A stretch of DNA of 64,000 nt from Acidaminococcales bacterium (GCA_031290885.1 JAISLQ010000075.1:41670-105669), one strand, 5' to 3'; numbered from the stretch's first letter, positions 9,028 to 19,400 are shown. Notes: generated from the sequence alone by a model not told the origin. Numbers and translations are program-made.

Positions 9028-11359
9028 TGGCGTCTTCCAGGGCCAGGGCGAGCACCTCGTCCATATGACTTACCGGCACAAACTCAATGCTCTTTTTTAT
9101 GGTGGGCGGTATGTCCTCAAGGTCTTTTTCGTTGGCGACCGGCAGCACCACTTTTTTTACGCCGTAGCGGTGGGCGGCCAGCACTTTTTCCTTGATGCCG
9201 CCGACCGGCAGCACCCGGCCGCGCAGCGTAATTTCGCCCGTCATGGCCATGTCCGCGTATACCCTGCGCCCGGTAAGGGCGGAAGCCATGGAAGTCGCCA
9301 TAGTGATGCCGGCGGAAGGCCCGTCTTTCGGGATGGCCCCTTCCGGCAGATGCACATGTATGTCAAGCTCTTTGTAAAAATCGCCCGGTATCTTCAATTC
9401 ATCCGCCTTGCGCCTGATATAAGTATAGCCGGCGCGGGCGGATTCTTTCATCACGTCGCCCATCTGCCCGGTCAGCAGCAAATCGCCCTTGCCGCGCGTT
9501 ACCGACGTTTCCACTTCCAGCACTTCGCCCCCGACGCTGGTCCAGGCTAGGCCGGTGGCCACGCCGGTTTCCGGCTCGGCCCGTTTTTCGGTTTGCGTGT
9601 ATTTGGGCACGCCGAGATATTGGGGGATGTTTGAAGCCGTTACGGACACGCCGCTTTTTTTGTTTTTCTTCAAAACCCTGCGCGCGGCCTTGCGGCAGAC
9701 GGAAGCGATGCCGCGCTCCAATTCCCGCACGCCGGCTTCGCGCGTATATTCGCGGATGATACGGATGACGGCCTTTTCCGAAATGCCGATAAGTCCGCCG
9801 TCAAGTCCGTGCTGCTTTATCTGTTTGGGCATGAGGTAGCGCGAAGCGATCTCTTTTTTCTCCAACTCCGTGTACCCGGGAATGGATATGACCTCCATCC
9901 GATCGAGCAGCGGCTTGGGTATGGGATGGGTAATGTTGGCCGTTACTATCCAGAACACTTTGGAAAGATCAAAAGGCAGTTCCACATAATGGTCGCTGAA
10001 AGCGTTGTTCTGCTCCGGATCCAGCACTTCGAGGAGGGCGGAGGACGGATCTCCCCTGAAATCGCTGCTCAACTTGTCCACCTCATCCAAAAGAAAGACC
10101 GGGTTTTTAAAGCCGCAATTGCGCATCCCCTGGATGATGCGGCCGGGCAGAGAACCCACATAAGTACGGCGGTGGCCGCGTATTTCGGCTTCGTCCTTTA
10201 TCCCGCCCAAAGAAGCGCGGGTAAACTTGCGCCCCATGGCCCGCGCCACCGATTTGGCGATGGAAGTCTTGCCGACGCCGGGCGGCCCGACCAGGCACAA
10301 AATGGGCCCTTTCATGTCGGCGGTCAAGCTGCGCACTGCCAGATATTCAAGTATGCGTTCCTTGACCTTTTCCAGGCCATAATGATCCTCGTCCAATATC
10401 TTCTCCGCCCTGGCCATGTCCAAGTTGTCCTCGGAAACGGCCGTCCAGGGCAGGGAGAGCAGGATGTCTATATAAGAGCGGACTACCGCGCTTTCGGAAG
10501 TCATTGCCGGCATTTTTTCCAGGCGGCCTATCTCCTTGCCTATCTTTTCGCGCACTTCCTCCGGCAGCCCGGCGGCGCTAAGCCGCTGGCGGAATTCCGC
10601 CGTTTCGGCCAGCCGGTCGTCCTTGTCTCCAAGCTCTTTGTTTATCGCCTTTATCTGCTCGCGCAGATAATACTCCTTCTGATTTTTCCCCACTTGCTTG
10701 CGCACCCGCTGGGAGATTTTCTTTTCGATTTCCAATATTTCCAGTTCGCGGCTCAAAATATCATACAACAAATTAAGCCGTTCGCTTACATTTATCGCGT
10801 TGAGCAGTTTTTGCTTGTCGTCAATGTTGATGGCGAGATGCCCGGCGATAATGTCGGACAGCCGCCCCGCCTCCTCCACGCCCAAAATGGACAGGAGTGT
10901 GTCGGACGGTATTTTCTTGCCGTTCTTTACCCATTGCTCAAACTGCTCGCCCACCAGCCTTTTCAATGTCTCTATTTCGGGCGTGGCAAAATCTTCCTCA
11001 AAATGCTCCGTAACCTTTACCGCTATATAATCGCCGCTGTCGTCAAACTCCCTGATGCTGGCCCGGCGCATGCCCTCGACCAATATCCGCGTGCCGCCGC
11101 CGGGCAGCTTTTGCAGCAATTTTATCTGCATGAGCGTACCTACCGGGAAAATGTCGGCAAGGCCCGGATTTTCCGTATGGGCTTCCTTTTGCGTGGCCAG
11201 CATGATAAGGCGGTCATTGAGCATGGCCGCTTCGAGGGCTTTGATCGATTTGTCCCGGCCGACGTCCAAATGAATGATCATGGTCGGGAAAACCAATATT
11301 CCGCGCAAGGGCAGGAGTGGGTAAGCGCGTTGATTGTCTCCGTTATTGATAATGGTCAT
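9020..11359 (-). CDS. lon: ATP-dependent Lon protease
   Basis: GPPGVGKTS Walker A and the PKDGPSAG serine-protease motif. The listed ORF begins at a TTG; the ATG two codons in (11357-11359), with GGAG 9 nt upstream, is preferred. Confidence 0.96.
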   Translation of the reverse strand: MTIINNGDNQRAYPLLPLRGILVFPTMIIHLDVGRDKSIKALEAAMLNDRLIMLATQKEAHTENPGLADIFPVGTLMQIKLLQKLPGGGTRILVEGMRRASIREFDDSGDYIAVKVTEHFEEDFATPEIETLKRLVGEQFEQWVKNGKKIPSDTLLSILGVEEAGRLSDIIAGHLAINIDDKQKLLNAINVSERLNLLYDILSRELEILEIEKKISQRVRKQVGKNQKEYYLREQIKAINKELGDKDDRLAETAEFRQRLSAAGLPEEVREKIGKEIGRLEKMPAMTSESAVVRSYIDILLSLPWTAVSEDNLDMARAEKILDEDHYGLEKVKERILEYLAVRSLTADMKGPILCLVGPPGVGKTSIAKSVARAMGRKFTRASLGGIKDEAEIRGHRRTYVGSLPGRIIQGMRNCGFKNPVFLLDEVDKLSSDFRGDPSSALLEVLDPEQNNAFSDHYVELPFDLSKVFWIVTANITHPIPKPLLDRMEVISIPGYTELEKKEIASRYLMPKQIKQHGLDGGLIGISEKAVIRIIREYTREAGVRELERGIASVCRKAARRVLKKNKKSGVSVTASNIPQYLGVPKYTQTEKRAEPETGVATGLAWTSVGGEVLEVETSVTRGKGDLLLTGQMGDVMKESARAGYTYIRRKADELKIPGDFYKELDIHVHLPEGAIPKDGPSAGITMATSMASALTGRRVYADMAMTGEITLRGRVLPVGGIKEKVLAAHRYGVKKVVLPVANEKDLEDIPPTIKKSIEFVPVSHMDEVLALALEDANA

Positions 11360-11397
11360 TGTCAATCATCTCCAATGCATAGCCGCAGAAAACGCGG

Positions 11398-11429
11398 AAA
11401 AAGGGGGGAAAGGACGCAGCCCTTCCCCC
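11398..11429 (-). terminator. intrinsic terminator-like hairpin about 35 nt upstream of lon
   Basis: The minus strand reads GGGGGAAGGG-CUGCGU-CCUUUCCCCC (10 bp including one G.U), followed by CUUUUU. Confidence 0.5.
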
Positions 11430-11672
11430 GAACCGGCCATAAAGCCAGATTTTGGCGCATTCCCCCAGCGGGCGCCGCAGGAAAAACATATATTTATGCG
11501 CCATATTTGAAAGATGCGGCATCTCCAAGCGGCTCACTGCGGCTGTCCTTTGTCAATAATGCCGCCGTTTCCATATCCGCAGCCCCTATTTCATTTTCGG
11601 CGTTGAACGCCCCTTCCATGCAGCGACCGGCCCGGCGCCGGAGAAAGCACGGCCCGCGCCGAAAGCCAGCGG

Positions 11673-12971
11673 CTACGCCGAAGCTTCCTTTTTCTTTTTG
11701 CTGCCCTCGTAAAGCAAAACAGGCTCGGCGCGTTTGAGCACGACCTCTTCGGTCACGATGCACTTGTTTATATCGCTGCGCGAAGGCACTTCATACATAA
11801 CGTTGCGCATTATGCTCTCAATGATCGACCTTAGCCCGCGCGCCCCCGTATTGCGCCGCAAAGCCTCCCGGGCGATGGCGGCCAGCGCGTCCTCGTTAAA
11901 TTCCAAATCGACTTTGTCCATGCGGAGAAATTTCTGGTATTGCTTGATCAGGGCGTTCCTGGGCTCCTTGAGTATGCTGATCAACGAGCCTTCGTCCAGC
12001 GCGTCCAATGTAACCACTACCGGCAGCCTGCCGACGAATTCCGGTATCAGGCCGTATTTCAAAAGATCCTCGGGCAGCACATATTTCAAAAGCTCGTCCT
12101 TGTTGCCGTCTTTCCTGCTTTTTATATCCGCGCCGAAACCCATGGTCTTCTTGCCGATGCGGTTGCTGATGATGCCTTCAATGCCGGCGAAAGCGCCGCC
12201 GCAGATGAACAGTATATTGGTCGTGTCCATCTGCAGGAACTCCTGATGCGGGTGTTTGCGGCCGCCCTGCGGCGGCACGCTGGCCACGGTGCCTTCCAAT
12301 ATCTTCAGCAGCGCCTGCTGCACCCCCTCGCCCGACACATCGCGGGTAATGGAAGGGTTCTCGGATTTCCTGGCTATTTTGTCTATTTCGTCTATGTAGA
12401 TTATGCCGCGCTCGGCCTTGTCGACTTCAAAATCCGCCGCCTGGATCAACTTGAGCAATATATTCTCGACATCCTCGCCCACGTAACCGGCTTCGGTCAA
12501 AGAAGTGGCATCGGCGATCGCGAACGGGACATTGAGCAGCCTGGCCAAGGTCTGCGCCAGCAGGGTCTTGCCGCTGCCGGTAGGCCCGAGCATGATTATA
12601 TTGGACTTTTGCAATTCCACCTCGTCCGCCTTGCCCTTGTCGCGTTTGCCGGCGCCGGCGCCGTATCCGCCGCTGATCCGCTTGTAGTGGTTATAGACGG
12701 CGACCGACAGCGATTTTTTCGCTTCATCTTGGCCGACCACGTACTGATCCAGGATCGCCTTTATTTCCCGCGGTTTGGGCAGCGCCCTGCTGTCGACGGA
12801 CTTGGACTGCTCGCTCCGCTCTTCGTCGATTATCTCGTTGCACAGATCTATGCATTCGTCGCAAATATAGACGTTCGGCCCTGCGACCAGCTTTTTCACC
12901 TGTTCCTGCAGCTTGCCGCAGAAAGAACATTTAAGCTGCCCTTTGTCGTCGCCGCCGTTAAACTTAATCAT
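11673..12971 (-). CDS. clpX: ATP-dependent Clp protease ATP-binding subunit ClpX
   Basis: 432 aa with a CSFCGK...CDEC zinc ribbon and GPTGSGKT Walker A. Confidence 0.97.
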   Translation of the reverse strand: MIKFNGGDDKGQLKCSFCGKLQEQVKKLVAGPNVYICDECIDLCNEIIDEERSEQSKSVDSRALPKPREIKAILDQYVVGQDEAKKSLSVAVYNHYKRISGGYGAGAGKRDKGKADEVELQKSNIIMLGPTGSGKTLLAQTLARLLNVPFAIADATSLTEAGYVGEDVENILLKLIQAADFEVDKAERGIIYIDEIDKIARKSENPSITRDVSGEGVQQALLKILEGTVASVPPQGGRKHPHQEFLQMDTTNILFICGGAFAGIEGIISNRIGKKTMGFGADIKSRKDGNKDELLKYVLPEDLLKYGLIPEFVGRLPVVVTLDALDEGSLISILKEPRNALIKQYQKFLRMDKVDLEFNEDALAAIAREALRRNTGARGLRSIIESIMRNVMYEVPSRSDINKCIVTEEVVLKRAEPVLLYEGSKKKKEASA

Positions 12972-12993
12972 ACTGCATCACCTCATTTTCAGC

Positions 12994-13593
12994 TTACGCT
13001 TTGCCCGGCTTTTCGCCCCGGGCAATGACCTTGTCAATCAATCCATATTCCTGGGCCGCCTGCGCCGACATGAAATAATCGCGTTCGGTGTCCTGCCGGA
13101 TCTTTTCAAGCGGCTGGCCGGTATGTTTAACCAATATCTCGTTGCCGACCTCGCGCAGGCGCAATATTTCCCGCGCCTGTATGTCTATGTCGGTCGCCTG
13201 GCCCTGCGCGCCGCCCAGCGGCTGGTGGATCATTATTCTGGAATAAGGCAGCGAATAACGCTTGCCGGCCGCGCCCGCCGTCAGCAAAAGCGCCCCCATG
13301 CTGGCGGCCATGCCGATGCAAATCGTGGAAACATCGGATTTTATATACTGCATAGTGTCATAAATCGCCAAGCCGGCCGTTACGGAGCCGCCCGGGCTGT
13401 TTATATAAAGATGTATGTCCTTGTCCGGCTCCTCCGATTCCAAAAAAAGCAGCTGGGCAATGACAAGGTTGGCCATCATGTCGTGTATTGTCCCGCCGAT
13501 AAAAACAATGCGGTCTTTCAAAAGGCGGGAATAAATATCGTAAGCCCGTTCGCCGCGGTTTGACTGCTCGACAACAATCGGCACAAAGTTCAC
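12994..13593 (-). CDS. clpP: ATP-dependent Clp protease proteolytic subunit
   Basis: 199 aa with [13 protein letters not shown] and the GMAASMG active-site Ser. It has a GTG start with AGAGGGG upstream. Confidence 0.97.
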   Translation of the reverse strand: MNFVPIVVEQSNRGERAYDIYSRLLKDRIVFIGGTIHDMMANLVIAQLLFLESEEPDKDIHLYINSPGGSVTAGLAIYDTMQYIKSDVSTICIGMAASMGALLLTAGAAGKRYSLPYSRIMIHQPLGGAQGQATDIDIQAREILRLREVGNEILVKHTGQPLEKIRQDTERDYFMSAQAAQEYGLIDKVIARGEKPGKA

Positions 13594-13596
13594 TGT

Positions 13597-14922
13597 TTAA
13601 CGCCCCTCTTCCGTAGCTTCGCCCTGTTCCCCGGCGTCCTCGGCGCTTGCGTCAATTATAAACCGGGCGGCCTTTCGCCGCAAAACCGACGCGGCAAGCT
13701 GCTTGATGTTGCCGGTCTTCACCAAGGCCTTTTTGACCTCGTCCAACGGCTGTTTGTACTGGGCGGCCATCCGCTCAATCTCTTTTGTCAATTCCTCTTC
13801 GCTTACTTCAATGCCTTCCGCTTCGGCGATCGCGTCCATGACCAGTTCGGCCTTGATGTCTTCCAGCGCGGCCTCTTTTTTTTCTTCGCGCAGCTCTTCC
13901 AAAGTCTTGCCCATATACTTAAGATAATCGTCAAAATTCAGCCCGCGCCGTTTCAAGCTGTTGGCCGTGTCCATGATCATCTCGGACGCGCGCTCCTGCG
14001 CCATCGCGTCCGGTATCGTCAAAACCGCGCCGTCCACCGCAGCTTTCAGGATATTATTTTCATATTCGTTCCGCGCGGACAGCAGCGCCGCTTTTTCCAA
14101 GTTTTCCCGGCAATTTTCCCGCCACTGATCAATGGTGAAAAAATCACTGTTGTCTTTGATAAATTCATCCGTAACCTCCGGCGCCTGGCGGCGTTTCACG
14201 TCATGCACCGTTACGCTGAACTGCGCCTCTTTGCCGGCCAGTTCCGCAGCAGGATAGTCGCCCGGAAAATTGACCTTTATCACGCGCTCCTCGCCCGCCC
14301 CCGCGCCCAAAAGCTGATCCTCGAACCCGGGGATGAAACTGCCGGAGCCGATTTCCAGCGGATAACTCTTGCCCTCGCCGCCATTAAAAGGCTGCCCGTC
14401 AATCGTGCCTTTAAAGTCAATTACGGCGAAATCGCCCTTGCCCAACTTAGCGCCTTCCACGACCACCATGGAAGATTTTCGCTCGCGCAGTTTTTCCAGC
14501 GCATCGTCAATGTCCGCGCCGGTGATTTCGCGAACGGCCTTTTTCGCGCTCAGGCCTTTGTATTGTCCCAACTGAACCTCAGGCTTCACCGCGACCGTTA
14601 CCTTAAAAACCATGTCCCGGTCTTCCGCCAGCGTCTCAACGTCCACGCTCGGACGGCTGACCGGCTGTACGCCCGTTTGCTCCAGCGCCTCAACATAGCT
14701 TTTTTGCGCTAAGATATCAAAGGCTTCTTCCTGGATCGCCGGCAATCCCACGCGCTTTTCCACAATTTTGCGCGGTGCCTTGCCCTTTCTGAACCCCGGC
14801 ACGGACAACTTTCCGGCAATATTGCGCCAGGCTTTGTCATAAGCCTTCCCCACGACGGCCTGCGGCACGGTGATGGTTAAAACTACCTGGTTGTTTTCCA
14901 ATTTTTCCGTTGACACATTCAT
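13597..14922 (-). CDS. tig: trigger factor
   Basis: 441 aa with the GFRKGKAP ribosome-binding motif and an FKBP-type middle domain. The tig-clpP-clpX order is conserved. Confidence 0.95.
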   Translation of the reverse strand: MNVSTEKLENNQVVLTITVPQAVVGKAYDKAWRNIAGKLSVPGFRKGKAPRKIVEKRVGLPAIQEEAFDILAQKSYVEALEQTGVQPVSRPSVDVETLAEDRDMVFKVTVAVKPEVQLGQYKGLSAKKAVREITGADIDDALEKLRERKSSMVVVEGAKLGKGDFAVIDFKGTIDGQPFNGGEGKSYPLEIGSGSFIPGFEDQLLGAGAGEERVIKVNFPGDYPAAELAGKEAQFSVTVHDVKRRQAPEVTDEFIKDNSDFFTIDQWRENCRENLEKAALLSARNEYENNILKAAVDGAVLTIPDAMAQERASEMIMDTANSLKRRGLNFDDYLKYMGKTLEELREEKKEAALEDIKAELVMDAIAEAEGIEVSEEELTKEIERMAAQYKQPLDEVKKALVKTGNIKQLAASVLRRKAARFIIDASAEDAGEQGEATEEGR

Positions 14923-15185
14923 TATATAAAAACGGCCCCCTCAATTGCTGAACTGTGCGCCAAAAACGACGGAAACCCGGCGCGCGCGCCTGACCGCGCG
15001 GCAAACCAATGTCCGGCGGCGGTCAAATCTCCCGTTCAATATCAGCCGCATTCAACTTATATGTCGGCTTTTTCGATTGACATTACACGACTGCTTATAA
15101 TATCATAGCACAAACGCCCGTCAATGACAAGACGGGCATTGCGTTTTCCGATTTTTGCCAGGCTTCGGCGCCGGATTCTGCCCGT

Positions 15186-15953
15186 TTAGCGCAAAAGCGC
15201 GCCGGGGGCGGCCTCTGCCTCTGCGCTGGGCAAGCTCGCGGCACTATATTCCTTCAAATTTTGATAAAAAAGGGCCATGGCCGCTTCCAAATACACATTG
15301 GCAAAGACCGTGGCGATGCCCGCAGCAAGAAAGGCCAAGAAAGGGGCATAGGGCAGCAATATAAACAATATAACCACAGGGCTCAGCATCCAGCCGAAAA
15401 AACTCAGGTCAAGCCAAAACAGGCGCATTTTATGCCCGCGCATCATCTCCGCGCTGGCATCTATCGCCTGGTTGGCGGAAAGGTGCGGGGCGTCGGCTTT
15501 GACGTACCAAGCCATGGAGTAGCCAAGGCCTTTGACTATCCCGGGTATGATCAAAAGCAGCGACCAAAAGAAAGTATACGCGCTAATCAATAAAAGCAGC
15601 CAAACATTTCGGCGAAAAGCGGCAAAATCCCTGAAACTGGCAAATATGGCCGCTACGCCCGGCGCATCGCCCCGGACCAGGCGCAAGAAATATAGCGAGA
15701 CGCCCGCTTTAAATTGAGCGGCAACCAGCCAAGACACAACAAAAAGCGCAAAAGAAAATGTCGGCAGGGGCATAACATCCGGCTCTCCGGCGGCATACTT
15801 CGCCGCAAAATTCAGGCCTCCAACGGCATTTCCCGCAAGAGCAGCCAAAAAAACAACTGCGGCCGCGCCGGGCCACTTGCCGCTTAGTTTAGCCAAAGCG
15901 CCCTGGCGCAATTCATAAGCCGTCCTCAACCTAAAATCCGGCTGACATTGCAT
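15186..15953 (-). CDS. DUF975-like integral membrane protein
   Basis: Multi-TM ORF with an N-terminus resembling DUF975 proteins. The ATG lies 8 nt after AGGAGG. Confidence 0.55.
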   Translation of the reverse strand: MQCQPDFRLRTAYELRQGALAKLSGKWPGAAAVVFLAALAGNAVGGLNFAAKYAAGEPDVMPLPTFSFALFVVSWLVAAQFKAGVSLYFLRLVRGDAPGVAAIFASFRDFAAFRRNVWLLLLISAYTFFWSLLLIIPGIVKGLGYSMAWYVKADAPHLSANQAIDASAEMMRGHKMRLFWLDLSFFGWMLSPVVILFILLPYAPFLAFLAAGIATVFANVYLEAAMALFYQNLKEYSAASLPSAEAEAAPGALLR

Positions 15954-16096
15954 CACGCTTACCTCCTGTTTTTAACCTCGGAGCCGATCCATTTCGCTTT
16001 GGCCGGCCAGCGCTTCGCGCGCCGGAGAGCCCCGGATCCGCCGCTTCCGATAACGGCATTATAGCACAAAAACGCCACGGCGGCAACCAAAGGCAA

Positions 16097-16125
16097 TTGA
16101 CGCCCGGCGGCCGCCGTGTTACAAT
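16097..16125 (+). promoter_or_regulatory. sigma-70-type promoter TTGACG-17 nt-TACAAT
   Basis: Hexamers at 16097-16102 and 16120-16125; the spacer was counted as 17 nt. Confidence 0.45.
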
Positions 16126-16156
16126 AAAATTGCAAAAATGGAAGAACCCGACACGC

Positions 16157-16185
16157 AAAAATCCCCTCCGCCACAGGGGATTTTT
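16157..16185 (+). terminator. hairpin AAAAATCCCCT-CCGCCAC-AGGGGATTTTT in the leader of the TraX-like gene
   Basis: Perfect 11-bp arms including A/T runs, located between the promoter above and the ORF start. Confidence 0.45.
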
Positions 16186-16196
16186 ATCTTTCGGCC

Positions 16197-17039
16197 GTGT
16201 TCGCGCGGCCTATGCAGGGGGTGCATTGCGCGATGGCTGCCGACTATGGGAAGCGCCGTTGGGAAATTTTTACCGGCGGACAGTTGAAGCTTATCGGCGC
16301 CGCCCTGATGGTATTTGACCATTTGCGCCAAATGTTTTCGGCGCACGGCGCCCCCGAATGGTTTTACTGGCTTGGCCGGCCGGCCGCGCCGCTCTTTGCC
16401 TTTTTATGCGCGGAAGGCTTTGCCCATACGCATAGCCGGGGCAAATACACGCTGCGCTTGCTGATCGGCTTTGAATTCATGAACGCGGCCTCCAACCTGC
16501 TCGCCCGCGCTTTCCCAAGCCACAGCGTTGTTTTGCTCAACAACATTTTTGAAACCTTTCTGCTCGCTGTTGTTTATATGTGGCTCACGGACAAACTGCG
16601 CCGGGAAATTGCGGAAAAAAATTACCGCAAAGCGTTCCTTTCTGCCCTGCTCATGCTCCTGGCCGCGGCGGCGGGCATCGCCGCCTTCAATCTGCTATTG
16701 GATCCGGCCGCCCTGCCGTCCGTGCCGCTTTGGCTGAAAATACTCTTGCTCCGGGCGATCCCCAACCTGGCGGTTACCGAGGGAGGATTTGTTTTCGTAC
16801 TAATGACCGTACTTTTTTACCTTTTCCGCGCACACCGCCCTTGGCAAATATTGACGCTCCTTTTGACCGGCGCCCTCTGTTTTTGCTTAGGCGCGGAGGC
16901 GCAGGCCCTCATGTCCTTCGCCGCGGTTTTCATGCTTTTGTATAACGGCGAACGGGGCAAGGCCGGCAAATACTTTTTCTACATTTTCTATCCGGCGCAC
17001 ATCTACCTTTTCTATTTGGCCGCCTGGTATGCCAAATGA
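16197..17039 (+). CDS. TraX-family membrane protein
   Basis: 280-aa hydrophobic ORF with LKLIGAALMVFDHL near the N-terminus, typical of the TraX family. The true start is probably a few codons inside (ATG at 16212 or 16233). Confidence 0.65.
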   Translation: MFARPMQGVHCAMAADYGKRRWEIFTGGQLKLIGAALMVFDHLRQMFSAHGAPEWFYWLGRPAAPLFAFLCAEGFAHTHSRGKYTLRLLIGFEFMNAASNLLARAFPSHSVVLLNNIFETFLLAVVYMWLTDKLRREIAEKNYRKAFLSALLMLLAAAAGIAAFNLLLDPAALPSVPLWLKILLLRAIPNLAVTEGGFVFVLMTVLFYLFRAHRPWQILTLLLTGALCFCLGAEAQALMSFAAVFMLLYNGERGKAGKYFFYIFYPAHIYLFYLAAWYAK

Positions 17040-17215
17040 AGCCTCCGGCCACGGCAAAAGCTTATGTTTTCGCCGTCCGCGCAAAAACGCGGCCATGTCG
17101 CTGTCGCCGCCGCAAACGAAAACACATTCCGTGAAATCGCCCGCGAGAATGGGCGCCGAACAGAAAAAACGCGGCAACGCTCAGGCCACGGCCGGGAAAG
17201 AAGCGGCGCGGCTTG

Positions 17216-17244
17216 TTGACAAACCAGCGTCTTTTCATTATACT
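17216..17244 (+). promoter_or_regulatory. promoter TTGACA-17 nt-TATACT upstream of tRNA-Ser
   Basis: Hexamers at 17216-17221 and 17239-17244 with a counted 17-nt spacer. The tRNA starts about 55 nt downstream. Confidence 0.5.
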
Positions 17245-17303
17245 GTTATGTGCCACGGCTTAAGCGTACCGTAGCGCAATTTAATATCCGCCTTGGCGGC
17301 CAC

Positions 17304-17393
17304 GGAGAGATGTCTGAGTGGTTGAAGGAGCACGCCTGGAAAGCGTGTGTAGTCGAAAGGCTACCGAGGGTTCGAATCCCTCTCTCTCCGCCA
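17304..17393 (+). tRNA. tRNA-Ser (anticodon GGA)
   Basis: GGAGAGA/TCTCTCC acceptor stem, CACGC-CTGGAAA-GCGTG anticodon arm, long variable arm, GGTTCGAATCC T-loop and an encoded CCA. Confidence 0.95.
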
Positions 17394-17446
17394 CTATGGA
17401 CAAATGCGAACCCGGCTCGCGCGTTTATCGCCGGGAAGTCGTTCGC
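17390..17446. repeat. direct repeat copy 1 (att-like; starts with the GCCA 3' end of the tRNA)
   Basis: GCCACTATGGACAAATGCGAACCCGGCTCGCGCGTTTATCGCCGGGAAGTCGTTCGC. Confidence 0.9.
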
Positions 17447-17495
17447 GGTAGTGTTTCAATTAGACTTTAATAAATGATAGGGAAGTATATTTTTA

Positions 17496-18209
17496 ATGTT
17501 TGTCGACGCAAGAGACCTTTCCCTTGATGAGATAGAAAACATTGAAAAACTGACTCTTCGTTGGCTTGTCCAAGCAACAATGGATTTTGGCTTTGATGCC
17601 TACGATATTTTCTATTATTCACCCGATAGCGTCAAGGATGTTGCAGAAGACATTACCCGTGAAATTGTTGACCGACTTCCAGGGTACAATACTACACAAC
17701 GAATATTCGGCACTGTGGATTATAAAAAAGCTCGCTACATAATCTTGCCCAACCAAATTGTAAGGCAGGCTCTCTTTGTTGACTCTAAAGCTGAGAAAAC
17801 GAATCAAACAGCAACACTTCAAATTTCACAAACATCTCTCGAAATTCGTCAGATGCGGAGTGGCTCAATTGTGAACGTACAAGGCAGATTGCCAGCAATT
17901 TATCCCCATGACAATAACAATTATTTAAGTACGACTCTTCTTCTGCACTACTGTTACGAAGATATTGAGAATCGACATTTTCTCAAAGATATTACAGTAT
18001 GCTGCGTGCCAAATGGTTTGTTACAGGAACGTTATAATCCAACACCAGAAAGAACTTTTTGGGTTGCCGGTCGAAACGCACCTTCGTTAGGAGAGGAGTT
18101 TCGCACAAGGATTAGTTTTGCGCGCTTAATTGCGCTAACTCCTTGGAGGGTTCAACGAATAAATATCATTCGCGAGGAAACAAAATTATCGCATTCTTGG
18201 CAGGAGTAG
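17496..18209 (+). CDS. type II restriction endonuclease candidate (PD-DxK fold, SfiI-like spacing)
   Basis: 237 aa. D75 ... D96-S-K98 (VDY ... FVDSKAEK) gives a PD-(D/E)xK layout. It lies immediately upstream of, and is translationally coupled to, a methyltransferase gene, and its composition is AT-rich. Confidence 0.55.
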   Translation: MFVDARDLSLDEIENIEKLTLRWLVQATMDFGFDAYDIFYYSPDSVKDVAEDITREIVDRLPGYNTTQRIFGTVDYKKARYIILPNQIVRQALFVDSKAEKTNQTATLQISQTSLEIRQMRSGSIVNVQGRLPAIYPHDNNNYLSTTLLLHYCYEDIENRHFLKDITVCCVPNGLLQERYNPTPERTFWVAGRNAPSLGEEFRTRISFARLIALTPWRVQRINIIREETKLSHSWQE

Positions 18210-18216
18210 GGGGGCT

Positions 18217-19215
18217 ATGAAATATCTTGATGTAAATCGGGTATATTGCGGTGACGCGAGAGACTTACTGCCAAAAATTTATCCAAACTCAATTTCACTG
18301 AGCGTTTGGTCGCCACCTTATCATGTGGGTAAAGACTATGAAAAAACGATGACCTATGGTGAGTGGGTCAATTTATTGTCTATCGTAATAGAGTTGCATT
18401 TTAACATTTTAAAACCAGGCGGATTTTTAGCGATAAATATCGCAGATATATTATGCTATAAAGACGGATCTATGCCTCAAATTATGGCCGAGAATGTGAG
18501 TAGGCGTAAAGTTTCGATTACTAAAGAACAGATTCTTGAAGCATGGTCACAACACGCGACTTATTCACGAAAGCAAATTGCTGAATTGATGGGGTGCAGC
18601 GAACAGACAATTGATAGAAGAATAAACGGCAACAATGTCCGTGGCGGCAAATATTCTCCGCAAACTAGAGTGAAACTTGCTGGCAATATTCTTGAAGATG
18701 CAGCATACAAGAGTTCATTATATCTTTATGATCGTCGTATTTGGGTAAAAGATCCCGCTTGGGAGAATAGTAGGTGGCATACTATATCTTATCGGGCCAT
18801 TGACGAATTTGAATACGTCTATATTTTCTGGAAGCCAGGCATTACCACTATAGATCGTTCCAGACTTAGCAAGGATGAGTGGATAAACTGGGGGTCTCGC
18901 GCAGTTTGGAATATTGCATCTGTAAGGGCGAATGATAATCACGAGTCAAAATATCCGATTGAACTGCCTCGACGTTTGATTCAATTACTAACTGTTCCAG
19001 GCGAAACAGTTCTTGATTGTTTTATTGGAAGCGGCACAAGTGCTGTTGCCGCAATAATTGAAGATAGAAATTATATCGGCATTGACAAAGAGCCTAAATC
19101 TGTGCATTTAACTAATTTAGCGTGCAAAGATGCATTTGCAAATAAAGTTACGATAGAAAACGCTCGAATGGAAGGCGAAAACCATTTTAACAAGCAGGCC
19201 GCGAAGCGGACTTAA
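18217..19215 (+). CDS. beta-class DNA N4/N6 methyltransferase (SPPY motif IV before FxGxG motif I)
   Basis: 332 aa with SPPY at aa 32-35 and DCFIGSGTSAVAA near the C-terminus. An HTH-like insert lies between them. Confidence 0.85.
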   Translation: MKYLDVNRVYCGDARDLLPKIYPNSISLSVWSPPYHVGKDYEKTMTYGEWVNLLSIVIELHFNILKPGGFLAINIADILCYKDGSMPQIMAENVSRRKVSITKEQILEAWSQHATYSRKQIAELMGCSEQTIDRRINGNNVRGGKYSPQTRVKLAGNILEDAAYKSSLYLYDRRIWVKDPAWENSRWHTISYRAIDEFEYVYIFWKPGITTIDRSRLSKDEWINWGSRAVWNIASVRANDNHESKYPIELPRRLIQLLTVPGETVLDCFIGSGTSAVAAIIEDRNYIGIDKEPKSVHLTNLACKDAFANKVTIENARMEGENHFNKQAAKRT

Positions 19216-19217
19216 CG

Positions 19218-19238
19218 GAAAACTCAAAATGAGTTTTC
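19218..19238 (+). terminator. weak hairpin after the methyltransferase gene
   Basis: GAAAACTCA-AAA-TGAGTTTTC, with no clear T-tail. Confidence 0.3.
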
Positions 19239-19348
19239 AGAGGGTGTTAGGATTCGCCCTTATTCCCGATGGTATGCCCGCGATTGTGCCACAGGATGTT
19301 TTTAAGCGGGTGCAGGAGCGAACGGAGAAGATGAAGCGGCAGCCGTAA
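19229..19348 (+). pseudogene. short fragment resembling an internal segment of a large serine recombinase
   Basis: The 39-codon ORF ends ...IPDGMPAIVPQDVFKRVQERTEKMKRQP-stop. The (h)IVxxxxFxxVQ pattern is recalled from serine-recombinase 'recombinase' domains. It has host-like G+C. Confidence 0.3.
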
Positions 19349-19400
19349 GAGCGCTCCATATCAGCGATTTTCGCTGTTCGCATTTGGACGGCAATGCCCT

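Noticed and set aside
15077-15101. TTGACA ... TATAAT pair on the plus strand between tig and the DUF975 gene.
   Set aside because: I counted the spacer as only 13 nt, too short for a sigma-70 promoter. It would also fire antisense into a terminator. The adjacent hairpin (about 15116-15139) is better explained as the DUF975 gene terminator.
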